Of a DNA stretch of 64,000 nucleotides, positions 1 through 9,799 are shown one piece after another. The notes under the pieces are model-generated. The model saw only the letters and a list, made by a program, of their open reading frames with translations, was not told the DNA's origin and ran no database searches. How positions within the stretch are numbered: position 1 is the stretch's first letter; the number at the start of each line of letters is the position of its first letter. Both the position numbers and the translations under genes were made by a program. Source of the stretch: an uncultured bacterium (lineage in GTDB: Bacteria; Auribacterota; Erginobacteria; Erginobacterales; Erginobacteraceae); contig CAWGIE010000033.1 of the NCBI GenBank assembly GCA_963822585.1, positions 135,255 through 199,254 on the forward strand, written 5' to 3'.

Positions 1-390
1 CCGCGGCTGCGCAGCACTCCTTTGGTCAACGGAACCGCGGAAGAGCTGAAAACCGCCGTTTTGAACGTCATCTTCAATGCCGTCGAATCGATGCCGGAAG
101 GAGGCAGAATCAGCGTCCGAAACTGGAACAATGACCGGTTTGTTTATATCCGGATTTCCGATAACGGTAGCGGGATGAGCGATGAAATCCGGGAAAAGGC
201 CTTCGAGCCCTTCGTCACCACCCGCCGTCCGCTCCGGGCCGGGCTGGGCTTGAGTTCCACCTATGGCATTATCAAAAGACACGGCGGCACTATCCGTCTC
301 CGGAGCCGGGAAGGACGAGGCACCAGCGTGACCATCAAACTGCCGATTATCAAATCACTGGACACGGACAAATCTTCGGTTATAAAGTAA
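1..390 (+). CDS. Sensor histidine kinase, C-terminal HATPase domain (5'-truncated by window)
   Basis: N box (NVIFNAVES), G1 (DNGSGM), F box (FEPFVTT), G2 (GLGLS). Confidence 0.9.
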   Translation, partial: PRLRSTPLVNGTAEELKTAVLNVIFNAVESMPEGGRISVRNWNNDRFVYIRISDNGSGMSDEIREKAFEPFVTTRRPLRAGLGLSSTYGIIKRHGGTIRLRSREGRGTSVTIKLPIIKSLDTDKSSVIK

Positions 391-631
391 CGGACTAATT
401 TACTGCTTCGGAATTTTCAGCCGGAGGCTGATGCGCCTCCGGTGCACAATAATTTTATTTTTCCTTCGGAAAAATAAAAAATATATGTTTTGACCGACAT
501 TATATCTCGGTAATCAAGGTTAGGTATCAGCCGATGTGTAAAAGAAATACTTTAATTTCATTGCCCCGGAGGAATCAATTTTGTCATTGTTCAAAACTTA
601 TAAATTTGCGAGCGCAGCGAGCTAATTTATA

Positions 632-1366
632 ATGACCAACCCATTTCTCCAATCGATCCAAGAATCGGGGTTCGTGGGACTGACTATCCTGATTCTTCTC
701 TTCGCCGGGTCCATTTATTCATGGACGCTTATCCTCTATAAATACGTCCTTTTCCGCCAGGCACGGCGGTCCATTGATTCCTTCCTGAGAAAGTTTTCCG
801 GTGTTAAGCAGGGAGCCTTTTCCCTCTCCTCAACCCACCTCGGCGGGGAGACCGATCCGGCATACGCCGTCTATAAAACCGGGTGCTCGGAATTGACCGC
901 GGTGAACGAAAAATCAAATGCCACCCATCCCGGGGAGAGTGAAGACTGGGAACGCCTGGCGGAAACCATGCAGAGAAGCGCCGACACCCAGACCCGCTTT
1001 CTGGAGAAAGGATTGATCTTTCTGGCCACCGCCGCCAGTACCGGCCCTTTGCTGGGCATCCTGGGGACTGTTTACGGCGTTCTGGTGGCTTTTCAGGGGA
1101 TGGGCCGCTATGGCTCGGCCACCATCGACGCGGTTGCGCCGGGTATTTCCGAGGCGCTGGTCACGACGGTCTTCGGGCTCATCGTCGCCATCCCGGCCCT
1201 GATCATGTACAACTATTTCAAACACTCCCTCAACGATCTTTCCTTTCAGCTGGACGTTTTTATTGCCGATTTCATCAACCGCGCCCGTGATCGGAACCCG
1301 GACAATGATTCTCCCCCTGGTAAATCAGCCGCCAAGGCACCAAGACACCAAGAAAAACCGGGATAA
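632..1366 (+). CDS. tolQ: MotA/TolQ/ExbB proton channel protein
   Basis: GPLLGILGTVYG and APGISEALVTT motifs; first gene of a tol-pal cluster. Confidence 0.9.
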   Translation: MTNPFLQSIQESGFVGLTILILLFAGSIYSWTLILYKYVLFRQARRSIDSFLRKFSGVKQGAFSLSSTHLGGETDPAYAVYKTGCSELTAVNEKSNATHPGESEDWERLAETMQRSADTQTRFLEKGLIFLATAASTGPLLGILGTVYGVLVAFQGMGRYGSATIDAVAPGISEALVTTVFGLIVAIPALIMYNYFKHSLNDLSFQLDVFIADFINRARDRNPDNDSPPGKSAAKAPRHQEKPG

Positions 1367-1585
1367 AAATCAAACGGCGAGGGTAACGATGCCCAGGCCA
1401 CCCCAAAATAATATTTGTTCAACTTTCGGCCAACAGATTACCAATGCAACGAGTGTGAAATGTCAGATGAGGATAGGAAAGCCTTTTTCTCGTGTTGCAT
1501 CAATGAAATCAATTTAATTTAAGCAACAGACCCCGATTGACTCAATCGGGGTCCGAATAAAGTAGCGAGCGCAGCGAGCTAATTT

Positions 1586-1996
1586 ATGTACCGAAGACAC
1601 AGAGATAAATCGGATGTCTTGAGCGAAGTCAACGTCCTTAATCTGGTTGACGTCATGCTGGTTATCCTGATCCTGTTTATCCTGGTCGCCCCGATCATGG
1701 AACACGGGATCGATGTCCGTCTTCCCGCCGCCTCTCCCTCCAAGATCAACAGTTCGGAGCAGACCATGACGGTGAGCATCGCCCCCCCGGGGAAGATTTA
1801 TCTGAACGACCAGCGGGTCACCCTCGATGAACTGCGGGGCCGGCTGGTGCAGGCCGCCGGGACCAATCCGGAGACACCCATCACGCTGCGGGCTGACGCC
1901 AAGATTCGTTACGAGGAGGTGATCAAGGTTCTCGACGAGATCAGAAACAGCGGTCTGACCAGGATCGGAATCGCGACCCGTCCCTCCGCGGAATAG
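1586..1996 (+). CDS. tolR: TolR/ExbD biopolymer transport protein
   Basis: NLVDVMLVILILF TM with conserved Asp, LRAD motif, operon context. Confidence 0.9.
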   Translation: MYRRHRDKSDVLSEVNVLNLVDVMLVILILFILVAPIMEHGIDVRLPAASPSKINSSEQTMTVSIAPPGKIYLNDQRVTLDELRGRLVQAAGTNPETPITLRADAKIRYEEVIKVLDEIRNSGLTRIGIATRPSAE

Positions 1997-1998
1997 CG

Positions 1999-2689
1999 AT
2001 GCTGCACAAAAAGACAACGTTATTTCTCTGGGTTCTGCTGGGCCATCTCGTCATCCTCTGTCTCATTGTTCTCGTCGCCTCACCGTCCCGGAAGCAGTTC
2101 TATTCCAGCCCCATCACCTCGGTCGATCTGGTGGAACCGGTGGAGATCAGCCCGGAAGCTGCTGAAGCCGAAGAACCCGTTATCGAGGAACCGCCGCCTC
2201 CGGAGCCGGAACCTGAGATCGAGACGGCTCCGGAACCGGCGACGGAACCCCCTCCGAAAAAGATCATCAAACAGGTCGCGCCTCTCCGGGTCCCCAAAAC
2301 CGACCTGAAAAAACGGCTGAAAGAACGTCTGGCGCAGGTCAAGAGTCCCGCTCCCGGACGGCCCGGGCAGAGCTCTTCCGTCAGCGCGTCCCGGGAGGAC
2401 CGATTCCCCTATTCCTGGTACAACAACTTCATCCAGTCAAAGATGTACAACCTCTGGAAACAGCCGCCCAAGTCCGCGGTCAAGGAAGAGACCGCGCCGG
2501 CGATTGTTTCTTTCCGGGTGTACCGGGACGGCCACATTGAAAATATCCGCCTCCAGGAGTCCTCGGGGAGTTCCATCGTGGATGAATCAACCCTCCAGGC
2601 GGCCCGGATGGCCGATCCCCTCCCCCCTGCCCCAGGGCTTTCAGGAGGGATTTGAGGATTTTATCATTCTTTTCGAACTAACCGACTGA
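1999..2689 (+). CDS. tolA: TolA/TonB-family protein with apparent frameshift near the 3' end
   Basis: N-terminal TM, Pro/Glu-rich linker, TonB_C-like domain; the expected C-terminus (LPQGFQEGFEDFIILFELTD) continues in another frame after a C-run at about 2617-2627. Confidence 0.75.
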
Positions 2690-2863
2690 TTTTATTTCGC
2701 CCTGTCGGGCGACAAGGTGAAATAAAATCTTGAAAACAATCTCGGGCAGCGAACAAGACGCATACGATTTCTGAAGAATGTGATAGACCACCACCAATTT
2801 GGGATAATGTATTGCATAATCGGATCGAACTGATATGGTGGTGCTGAAAGAGATAATTCGACG

Positions 2864-4180
2864 GTGGCCGAAAATATGAAATACACACGATTATTTATTG
2901 CCGCGGTGCTGTTGTTTCCATTGATCGTCATTTCGGCGCGGGCGGAAACGCGGATCAAGGTCAGCAAGATGTACGCGCCCCAGATGACGCTGGCGGTGGT
3001 CGATTTCCAGGACCTGGGGGCGCCAGGAGGCCAGCGGGGATCGCAGATGACCCGACTCCTCCGTGACGATCTTCTTATCACCGGCTTCTTCACCCCGGTC
3101 ACCAACCGGCAGTTTGTCGCCGAGGCCGAGGCGGCGGACCGACAAACGGGGAGAATTAATCTTCAGGAATGGAGTTCGATCGGCGCGGATGTCGTGGTCA
3201 AGGGAAACTTCCTTCTCGACGGCAACACCATAACCATCGAGTGCCGGGCGCTTCGGGTTTCGGAAGGACGGCAGGTTTACCTGAAAAAATACCGCGACAC
3301 CGACGCCCACTGGCGAAAAATCATCCATACCATGGCCGATGAAATTGTCTTTGCCCTGACCGGGGAGAAGGGACTGGCCCGGACCGAGATCGCTTTTACG
3401 TCAACTCGGGACGGGGAGAAAAAAATATACACCATGGACGCCGGGGGGCATGATTGGCGGAGGATCAATTCCGGACGGGGGTTGGCCCTCTACCCCGACT
3501 GGACGCCGGACGGCCGAAGCCTGGCCTACACCAGCTACAGTTACGGATTTCCCTGGGTTTTTCTCGACAACCTGGCCACCGGAAAACGGCGGGTCCTCTC
3601 CGCTCAACCCGGCCTCAACGCTTTTCCCGCTGTCTCCCCCGACGGGATATGGGTCGCCCTGACCTTGAGCCGGGACGGCAATAACGAGATCTACAAGATG
3701 AGGATCGACGGTTCCGAGCTGACCCGCCTCACCCATACCCAGGCCAATGACTGTTCCCCCGCCTGGTCGCCGGACGGGCGCAACATCGCCTTCACTTCCG
3801 ACCGGCGGGGAACGCCCCAGATATACACCATGACCGCCGATGGAGGGCAGACACGGCGCGTAACCGTAACGGGAAGCTATAACACCTCCCCCGACTGGTC
3901 CCCCCGCGGGGATCTGATCGCCTTCACCTCCCGCATCAAGGGGCACTTCGAGATCTGCACCATCAACGTGAGGACCGGGGAGGTGACTCAATTAACCCGT
4001 AACTGGGACGACGATGAAGACCCTTCATGGGCTCCCGACGGAAGACATCTGGTCTACAGTTCCCGGCACGGCGCCCGGACCAATCTCTTCGTCCTCGATA
4101 TCGTCAACCCCCGGCCGATTCAGATCACCTCCGGTGAAGACTGTTACAGCCCGGCCTGGGGACCCTATACCACCCGGTAG
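2864..4180 (+). CDS. tolB: Tol-Pal beta-propeller protein TolB
   Basis: Signal peptide, TolB N-domain, PD40 repeats (PAWSPDG, PDWSPRG, PSWAPDG). Confidence 0.95.
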   Translation: MAENMKYTRLFIAAVLLFPLIVISARAETRIKVSKMYAPQMTLAVVDFQDLGAPGGQRGSQMTRLLRDDLLITGFFTPVTNRQFVAEAEAADRQTGRINLQEWSSIGADVVVKGNFLLDGNTITIECRALRVSEGRQVYLKKYRDTDAHWRKIIHTMADEIVFALTGEKGLARTEIAFTSTRDGEKKIYTMDAGGHDWRRINSGRGLALYPDWTPDGRSLAYTSYSYGFPWVFLDNLATGKRRVLSAQPGLNAFPAVSPDGIWVALTLSRDGNNEIYKMRIDGSELTRLTHTQANDCSPAWSPDGRNIAFTSDRRGTPQIYTMTADGGQTRRVTVTGSYNTSPDWSPRGDLIAFTSRIKGHFEICTINVRTGEVTQLTRNWDDDEDPSWAPDGRHLVYSSRHGARTNLFVLDIVNPRPIQITSGEDCYSPAWGPYTTR

Positions 4181-4367
4181 CCGTTCTCTCTCGTCATCCC
4201 GAAAAAATTTTCTTGCCGGAATAAAAGTAATCATATATATACATTAACTCACTCCGTTTGCTGCTGTGTGCGGCGCAGAAAGCAACTTTCTTAAAGAAAC
4301 GATCGTCGGTCCGGCTGGAGACGGACTGCGGACACGTAACGTTGAAACCAACAAGGAGTACCTGTTT

Positions 4368-4934
4368 ATGTCTATGAAAGCAACTGTCGTGGCATTGATC
4401 ATTCTCCCGGTTCTGGCCGGCCTGACGGGATGTTCCTCAACACCCGAGCCGACCGCGACCCCGGAGGAACAGATGGCGGCCCTGGAGGGGATGGACCTCC
4501 CTCTGGCCCCGCTGAACATGGACGCGGCTTTTGGAGAACCCCGTCCGGATGACGCCCTGATTCTTCAGGAAATCCATTTCGACTTCGACAAATCCGAGAT
4601 CAAAGATTCCGAAAAGCCGGTGCTGGAAGGAATCAACACCTGGCTCCTTAATCATCCCGGAGCAATCCTGATGGTTGAGGGATACTGCGACGATCGGGGC
4701 ACTCTGGAGTACAATCTCGCCCTGGGGGAACGCCGGGCGCTGGGCATTCGCACGTATTTGACCGGTCTGGGGACAAACCCGGAACGAATTCATACCATCA
4801 GTTACGGAGAAGATAAGCCTCTCTGTACGGAGAGCACGGAAGAGTGCTGGGGCCAAAACCGGAGGGGGCATTTTCTGGTCGATTACGGTGACACTGGCGG
4901 GGGAGAGACCATCGCCGCCGGGCCGTTGCAATAA
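4368..4934 (+). CDS. pal: Peptidoglycan-associated lipoprotein, paralog 1
   Basis: Lipobox LTGC, OmpA-like domain (IHFDFDKS, YNLALGERRA, NRR); AAGGAG upstream of ATG 4368. Confidence 0.9.
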   Translation: MSMKATVVALIILPVLAGLTGCSSTPEPTATPEEQMAALEGMDLPLAPLNMDAAFGEPRPDDALILQEIHFDFDKSEIKDSEKPVLEGINTWLLNHPGAILMVEGYCDDRGTLEYNLALGERRALGIRTYLTGLGTNPERIHTISYGEDKPLCTESTEECWGQNRRGHFLVDYGDTGGGETIAAGPLQ

Positions 4935-4993
4935 GCTATCATTAATATGATTGCCGCCGGGCGCGGTGATAAAAATATCAGGAGGGATTACAT

Positions 4994-5674
4994 GTGATGA
5001 AGAAAAAGATACTGTGGACGCTTGTTCCCGTCGGCCTGCTGACGGTGATCGCATTGGCCGGGTGTTCCTCAACCCCCGAACCCACCGCGACACCTGAGCA
5101 GCAGATGGCGGCAATGGACGGCTGGGATATTCCCCTGGAACCGATGACGGAAGGGATTGCCTTCACCGAACCGACCGCGGAAGACGCCCTGGTGCTGCAG
5201 GACATCCACTTCGATTTCGACAAGTCGGACATCAAGGAGCCGGACAAAGCCATCCTGGACGGCGTTTCCGCCTGGATGCTGGAACGGCCGGAAGCCCGGC
5301 TCCAGATCGAAGGGCATTGCGACGACCGGGGGACCAAGGAGTACAACCTGGCCCTGGGGGAACGGCGGGCGTTGGGCGTGCGCAGTTTCCTGACCGGCCT
5401 CACCGTCAACCCGGACCGGCTGTACACTATCAGCTACGGCGAGGAGAGGCCGCTCTGCGCGGAAGAGACCGAGGAGTGCTGGGCGAAGAACCGGCGGGCT
5501 CATTTCCTGGTCGCCTACGGCGGGACCCAGACCGCGGCGGTGCAACCCCCGGCTCCCCAGGAGGCCGTCGTCGATATTGAAGAAACCTACGTGGTGGAAG
5601 AACCCGTCCCCGAGCCGCAGGAAGTCGGCGCCAGACCCAGCCGGGGAAGGGCGATCGACCGGTACCACCAGTAA
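4994..5674 (+). CDS. pal: Peptidoglycan-associated lipoprotein, paralog 2, with C-terminal extension
   Basis: Lipobox LAGC, EGHCDDRG and YNLALGERRA motifs. Confidence 0.9.
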   Translation: MMKKKILWTLVPVGLLTVIALAGCSSTPEPTATPEQQMAAMDGWDIPLEPMTEGIAFTEPTAEDALVLQDIHFDFDKSDIKEPDKAILDGVSAWMLERPEARLQIEGHCDDRGTKEYNLALGERRALGVRSFLTGLTVNPDRLYTISYGEERPLCAEETEECWAKNRRAHFLVAYGGTQTAAVQPPAPQEAVVDIEETYVVEEPVPEPQEVGARPSRGRAIDRYHQ

Positions 5675-5730
5675 CATTTTTGCTCCGCAAAAATGTTAGT
5701 TGAATGATCGTTAATCGACAAGTAACCACG

Positions 5731-6291
5731 ATGCTAAAACGGCTGCTACTATCGGCTCTCTGCCTGAGCCTTCCCTTCTTCTTCCTGGCCGGTTGTCGCA
5801 CCACTCGTCAGCAGCAGCAGGACACCCAGAGGCAGCAATGGGAAGACTCCCTCGGCCGCCGGATCGTGGATATCGAGGCGCGGCTCTTCGATCTGGAGAA
5901 CAGCCTGGCGGCGATCAAGCGGGGACAGGACACTCTCGACCTCCGGCTGGCCCGGATAGAGAACAGCTCGACCAGCGGCAGCGCCCAGCAGAAGGCCGAG
6001 ATCGAGGCGCTCCGGCAGGAACTGCAATCCACCCGGGGAGCTACCGAGAAGAAGATCAGCATCATCCTCGATGAGGTGGCACAGGAGAACGAACGTATCC
6101 TGAAATCGATCCAATCTTCCCGGGGAGCCGGGGGTTACTCCCAGGGGTACGAGCACGTGGTCAAATCCGGGGAAACCATCTCCACCATCGCCCGTGATTA
6201 CAAAGTCACGGTTGACGCCGTGGTCGCGGCCAACCAGCTGGCCAACCCCGACGCCATCCGTGTCGGCCAGATTCTCTTCATCCCTCAATAA
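5731..6291 (+). CDS. Lipoprotein with coiled coil and C-terminal LysM domain
   Basis: Lipobox LAGC, heptad-rich middle, HVVKSGETISTIA...IRVGQILFIP. Confidence 0.85.
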   Translation: MLKRLLLSALCLSLPFFFLAGCRTTRQQQQDTQRQQWEDSLGRRIVDIEARLFDLENSLAAIKRGQDTLDLRLARIENSSTSGSAQQKAEIEALRQELQSTRGATEKKISIILDEVAQENERILKSIQSSRGAGGYSQGYEHVVKSGETISTIARDYKVTVDAVVAANQLANPDAIRVGQILFIPQ

Positions 6292-6320
6292 GACCTCCCT
6301 TTCAGGGAGGTCTTATTGAG
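6284..6320. terminator. 17-bp perfect stem between convergent genes, candidate bidirectional terminator
   Basis: CTCAATAAGACCTCCCT-TTC-AGGGAGGTCTTATTGAG; both stop codons lie in the arms. Confidence 0.6.
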
Positions 6321-7452
6321 AAAGAATATCCACCGATACGGCCCGCCGGGGCGGGATCTTTCCCTCTTTCAGGACCTCTCCTTTATTCCCTACGACCCTG
6401 AATTTTCCCGTGGCGGCAGCGGTCCCTTTAAAGGTGATCGGGATATCTTTCAACGGGTAGGGGCTCTGGTTCTCACAGGTGATGATCAGCGTCTCCCCTT
6501 CCCGTTTTGTCCGAACGGTCACTTTCTCCCGGGCCAGCCACCACTCGGCAAGTTCTTTCATCGTGCAAATCCAGGTATCCTGATTCTTCAAAAAGTCGAT
6601 GAACTCTGCCAGCCGTTTCAGGTTCTCCGGCTCGCTGATCTGCGGAAGGTGGGTGAGAAAGACAAAAACACCGCCGCGCCGGTGGTAGCGATGGAATACT
6701 TCGAGCGCCTTCTCCGGCCGGACCGTGGGGTCGCTCTGAGAGGTTATTTCCAGTAGCTGCAGACCGTCCGGGTGATACGGGTACATTAAACGGCGCCGGA
6801 AAGAAGGGACCAGCATCGTCTCCAGCGTGGTCGGAGGGAGGTCGAGGTCCGATCCGTAAAGAAAGCCCAGCCGATCGAGGGCCCGGAAGGTGGCCCGATT
6901 TCCGGAGAAACAGGGACTGCGGTGGCCGGCCGGAGGAAACCCGAGCTCGCTCAGGATCTCCCTGCCCCGGCGGATGATCTCGAACTGCTCATCTTCGGAG
7001 AGGAAGAGCATCTCCGCCCCCATCTTCACCCCCCGCCCCCGGTTTTTCTCGCAGAAGTGAGCCAAACCGTGCTGGGCGATTTCGTTCCCATCCGACCGGA
7101 GTTTCTCCATCATGGCCGGCTGGCCGCCCGGGGCCCGGAGAGGATGTTCCCCCAGAAGATCGGGAACGACAAAGAACGTCCCTCTGACTCCGGCATCCTT
7201 CAAGAGAAGCCGCAGCCGTTCGATCGCGTCCGGCGGCGTTCCGGCGGAGAGGTCATCGTTGGTGAAGACACTGGCCGAGCGGTTTCCCCCCGGGTAAAGG
7301 CCGAGTTCGATATCATCGTTCTCAAGAAACGCCACCGGCGGACCGCTCACGTAGTCCCACCAGATATAGTACGTATTGAATCCAATCCAGCCGAAAAGCA
7401 GTACGATGAGCAGCCCGGCGATTACTGATAATTTTCGGAGTTGTTTCTTCAT
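6313..7452 (-). CDS. Membrane-anchored polysaccharide deacetylase family protein
   Basis: FTNDD, GTFFVVP, EIAQHGLAH, RSP motifs of the CE4/NodB fold; N-terminal TM. Confidence 0.8.
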   Translation of the reverse strand: MKKQLRKLSVIAGLLIVLLFGWIGFNTYYIWWDYVSGPPVAFLENDDIELGLYPGGNRSASVFTNDDLSAGTPPDAIERLRLLLKDAGVRGTFFVVPDLLGEHPLRAPGGQPAMMEKLRSDGNEIAQHGLAHFCEKNRGRGVKMGAEMLFLSEDEQFEIIRRGREILSELGFPPAGHRSPCFSGNRATFRALDRLGFLYGSDLDLPPTTLETMLVPSFRRRLMYPYHPDGLQLLEITSQSDPTVRPEKALEVFHRYHRRGGVFVFLTHLPQISEPENLKRLAEFIDFLKNQDTWICTMKELAEWWLAREKVTVRTKREGETLIITCENQSPYPLKDIPITFKGTAAATGKFRVVGNKGEVLKEGKIPPRRAVSVDILSQ

Positions 7453-7545
7453 TGCTGGAGCATTCGATAAAATCAATATGCTTTTATACTGCTGTTCTTT
7501 TAGATGATGTCATTGTTCAGAACTATAATTTTTCCGAAGGAAAAA

Positions 7546-9522
7546 TTATATGTCATAGAGTTCCCATTCCTCGTAACACCCCGGTCCCAGTTCTTCCAGA
7601 AACCGGGAGGGTCGCTGGATCACTTCGGCCCCGGAACGCTGACGGGCGGTCAGGGGATAAAGCAGGTAGAGTTCTTCCCGGCAGCGGGTGCCGGCCACGT
7701 AAAACAGACGGCGCTCCTCCTCCATGTTGCCGGCGTTGGTATAACTGGAAACGGGCGGAAATTTCCCCTCCGCCAGCCAGATGATGAAGACCGCGTCCCA
7801 CTCCAACCCCTTGGCCTGATGAATGGTGCTGAGAACGACCATCTCTTCCCGGGCGCCCCGCTGGACATCGTGCGCGCTCAACCCGCCGATCATCGCCAGT
7901 TCGTCCAGAAATACCTCCAGGTCGCCGTAGCGGGCGGCGTAATTCGCCATCTGCTGGAGGTCCTCGATCCGACGTTCGTAATTGGGATACTTGCTCTGCA
8001 GGTACCCGTCGTAATCGCTCTCCAGAACCAGGCCGATCATCTCGGCCGGCCCTTTCCCGGCCCGGCGCCGCAGTTCCCGCACCGTCCGGGCGAATCCGGA
8101 CCAGGCGGCCTGCACACCCGCGGGGAGGACCGCTTCCATCCCCTCTCCCTCCAGGGCGCGAAGCGGATCGGGGCTTGCCCGCAGATACTCCCAGATCTTC
8201 TCGGCGGACCGGGGACCGATCCGGGGGAGCATGACCAGGAGCCGTTTCCAGGCGATCTCATCACGGGGGTTGTCGATGATCTTCAGGTAGGCCAGGATGT
8301 CCTTGATGTGGGCCTGCTCGAAGAAACGGATCCCCGAACGGACCGTGAACGGGATCTCCCGCCGGGTTAATTCCATCTGCACCTCCATGGAGTGGTAGTG
8401 GGAGCGGTAGAGGACGGCGATCTCACCCGGATTGACGCCCTCGTCGATCAGTTCCAGGATGCGCTGGGCGACGAACTCGGCCTGCTCGTAGACGTTTCCC
8501 GGCCGGATGACCACCGGCCGCGTCCCCGGTTTTTTTACCGGGCTCAGGGTCTTTTGAAAACCGTCTTCGGCGCTTTTCAGAATCGCGTTCGCCAGGTGAA
8601 GGATCTCGGGGGTGGAACGGTAATTGGTTTCCACGGTGTAGATCCGGCAGCCGCGGTATCGCCGGGGGAAATCGCGGATATTGCTGAAGAGCGCCCCCCG
8701 GAAAGAATAGATGGACTGGGAATCGTCGCCCACCACCATGATATTGCCGTGTTCGCTGCCGAGCCGGTCGACGATCCGGGCCTGGATGATGTTGGTATCC
8801 TGGTATTCATCCACCAGAATGTGCCGGAAGCGGCGGCGGTACTCGCCGGCAATTTCCGGGTAATCCGCCAGCAGGCGGTCGAAATAGATCAGCAGGTCGT
8901 CGAAGTCAAGATAGTTCAGCTCCTGTTTCCGCCGGGCGTACCGGGCGGCCACGTCCTCAACCTGGGGGAGCAGCCGCAGGAAGTGCTCGGCCTTCTCTTC
9001 CACGGCCGCTTCCAGGCTGGACCCGGTATTCCGGGCGTATCCGATAATCTCCATCAGGACCCTCCCCCGGGGAAAACGCTTTTCCCGGGTATCGATCCCG
9101 GCCGCCCGGACCACCCCTTCGATCAGGACCCGGGAATCTTCCCGGTCCAGGATAGTGTAATTCGTCTTGAATCCCAGCAGTTCGGCGTGCTCCCGCAGGA
9201 TCCGATTCCCCACGTGATGAAAAGTCCCGCCCCAGATCCGGGACGTCTCCACCGGGATCAGGGCTTCCACCCTCCGGAGCATCTCTTCCGCGGCCTTCTT
9301 GGTGAAGGTCAGAAGCAGGATCTCTTCCGGCCGCACGCCTCTCTCCAGAAGGCAGGCCACCCGGTAGGTGACCACCCGGGTCTTCCCGCTGCCGGCACCG
9401 GCGATGACCAGGATGGGGCCGTCCGGCGCCAGGGCCGCCGCCCGCTGCTGGGGATTGAGATCGGCCTCGTAATCGATCTTCCCAACCGGGGAAACGTGTT
9501 TTAATCCGTACTTCTTCTTCAC
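7546..9522 (-). CDS. UvrD/PcrA superfamily I DNA helicase
   Basis: AGAGSGKT, VDEYQD, NYRS, TIHQAKGLEW, EEERRLFYVA. Confidence 0.95.
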   Translation of the reverse strand: MKKKYGLKHVSPVGKIDYEADLNPQQRAAALAPDGPILVIAGAGSGKTRVVTYRVACLLERGVRPEEILLLTFTKKAAEEMLRRVEALIPVETSRIWGGTFHHVGNRILREHAELLGFKTNYTILDREDSRVLIEGVVRAAGIDTREKRFPRGRVLMEIIGYARNTGSSLEAAVEEKAEHFLRLLPQVEDVAARYARRKQELNYLDFDDLLIYFDRLLADYPEIAGEYRRRFRHILVDEYQDTNIIQARIVDRLGSEHGNIMVVGDDSQSIYSFRGALFSNIRDFPRRYRGCRIYTVETNYRSTPEILHLANAILKSAEDGFQKTLSPVKKPGTRPVVIRPGNVYEQAEFVAQRILELIDEGVNPGEIAVLYRSHYHSMEVQMELTRREIPFTVRSGIRFFEQAHIKDILAYLKIIDNPRDEIAWKRLLVMLPRIGPRSAEKIWEYLRASPDPLRALEGEGMEAVLPAGVQAAWSGFARTVRELRRRAGKGPAEMIGLVLESDYDGYLQSKYPNYERRIEDLQQMANYAARYGDLEVFLDELAMIGGLSAHDVQRGAREEMVVLSTIHQAKGLEWDAVFIIWLAEGKFPPVSSYTNAGNMEEERRLFYVAGTRCREELYLLYPLTARQRSGAEVIQRPSRFLEELGPGCYEEWELYDI

Positions 9523-9560
9523 ATATAGCTCTCTTCTCTTTTTGGGATACTATCTATACT

Positions 9561-9740
9561 CTGCTCGAAAAGGATTTCGAGCATAAAATCCTAAATCTTA
9601 ATATCTAAATCCTAAATAAATCCAAAACCCAAATAATCAAATGTTTCAAATATCGCCGGTTTTAGCCCCCTGGTTTGGGATTTTTCAGTTTGGGTCATTT
9701 GATATTATTTAGGATTTAGGATTTGTTATTTGGGATTTCC
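9561..9740. repeat. Palindromic element with 7-nt AAATCCT/AGGATTT periodicity (family A, copy 1)
   Basis: Homologous to 27277-27475; both heptamer arms are preceded by TTTCGAGCA. Confidence 0.85.
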
Positions 9741-9799
9741 CGATAAGCGTATTGGAATACCCGGAATTGTTGATCATCTATTGAATCATACTAAATATT

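Noticed and set aside
7504..9504. Long antisense ORFs (also 13472-15013, 15463-16863, 34222-35430, 38732-40126, 42072-43451, 48476-50281, 51516-52892, 55915-57063, 61040-62185)
   Set aside because: Shadow frames opposite well-supported genes, as expected from high-GC codon bias; no recognisable motifs.
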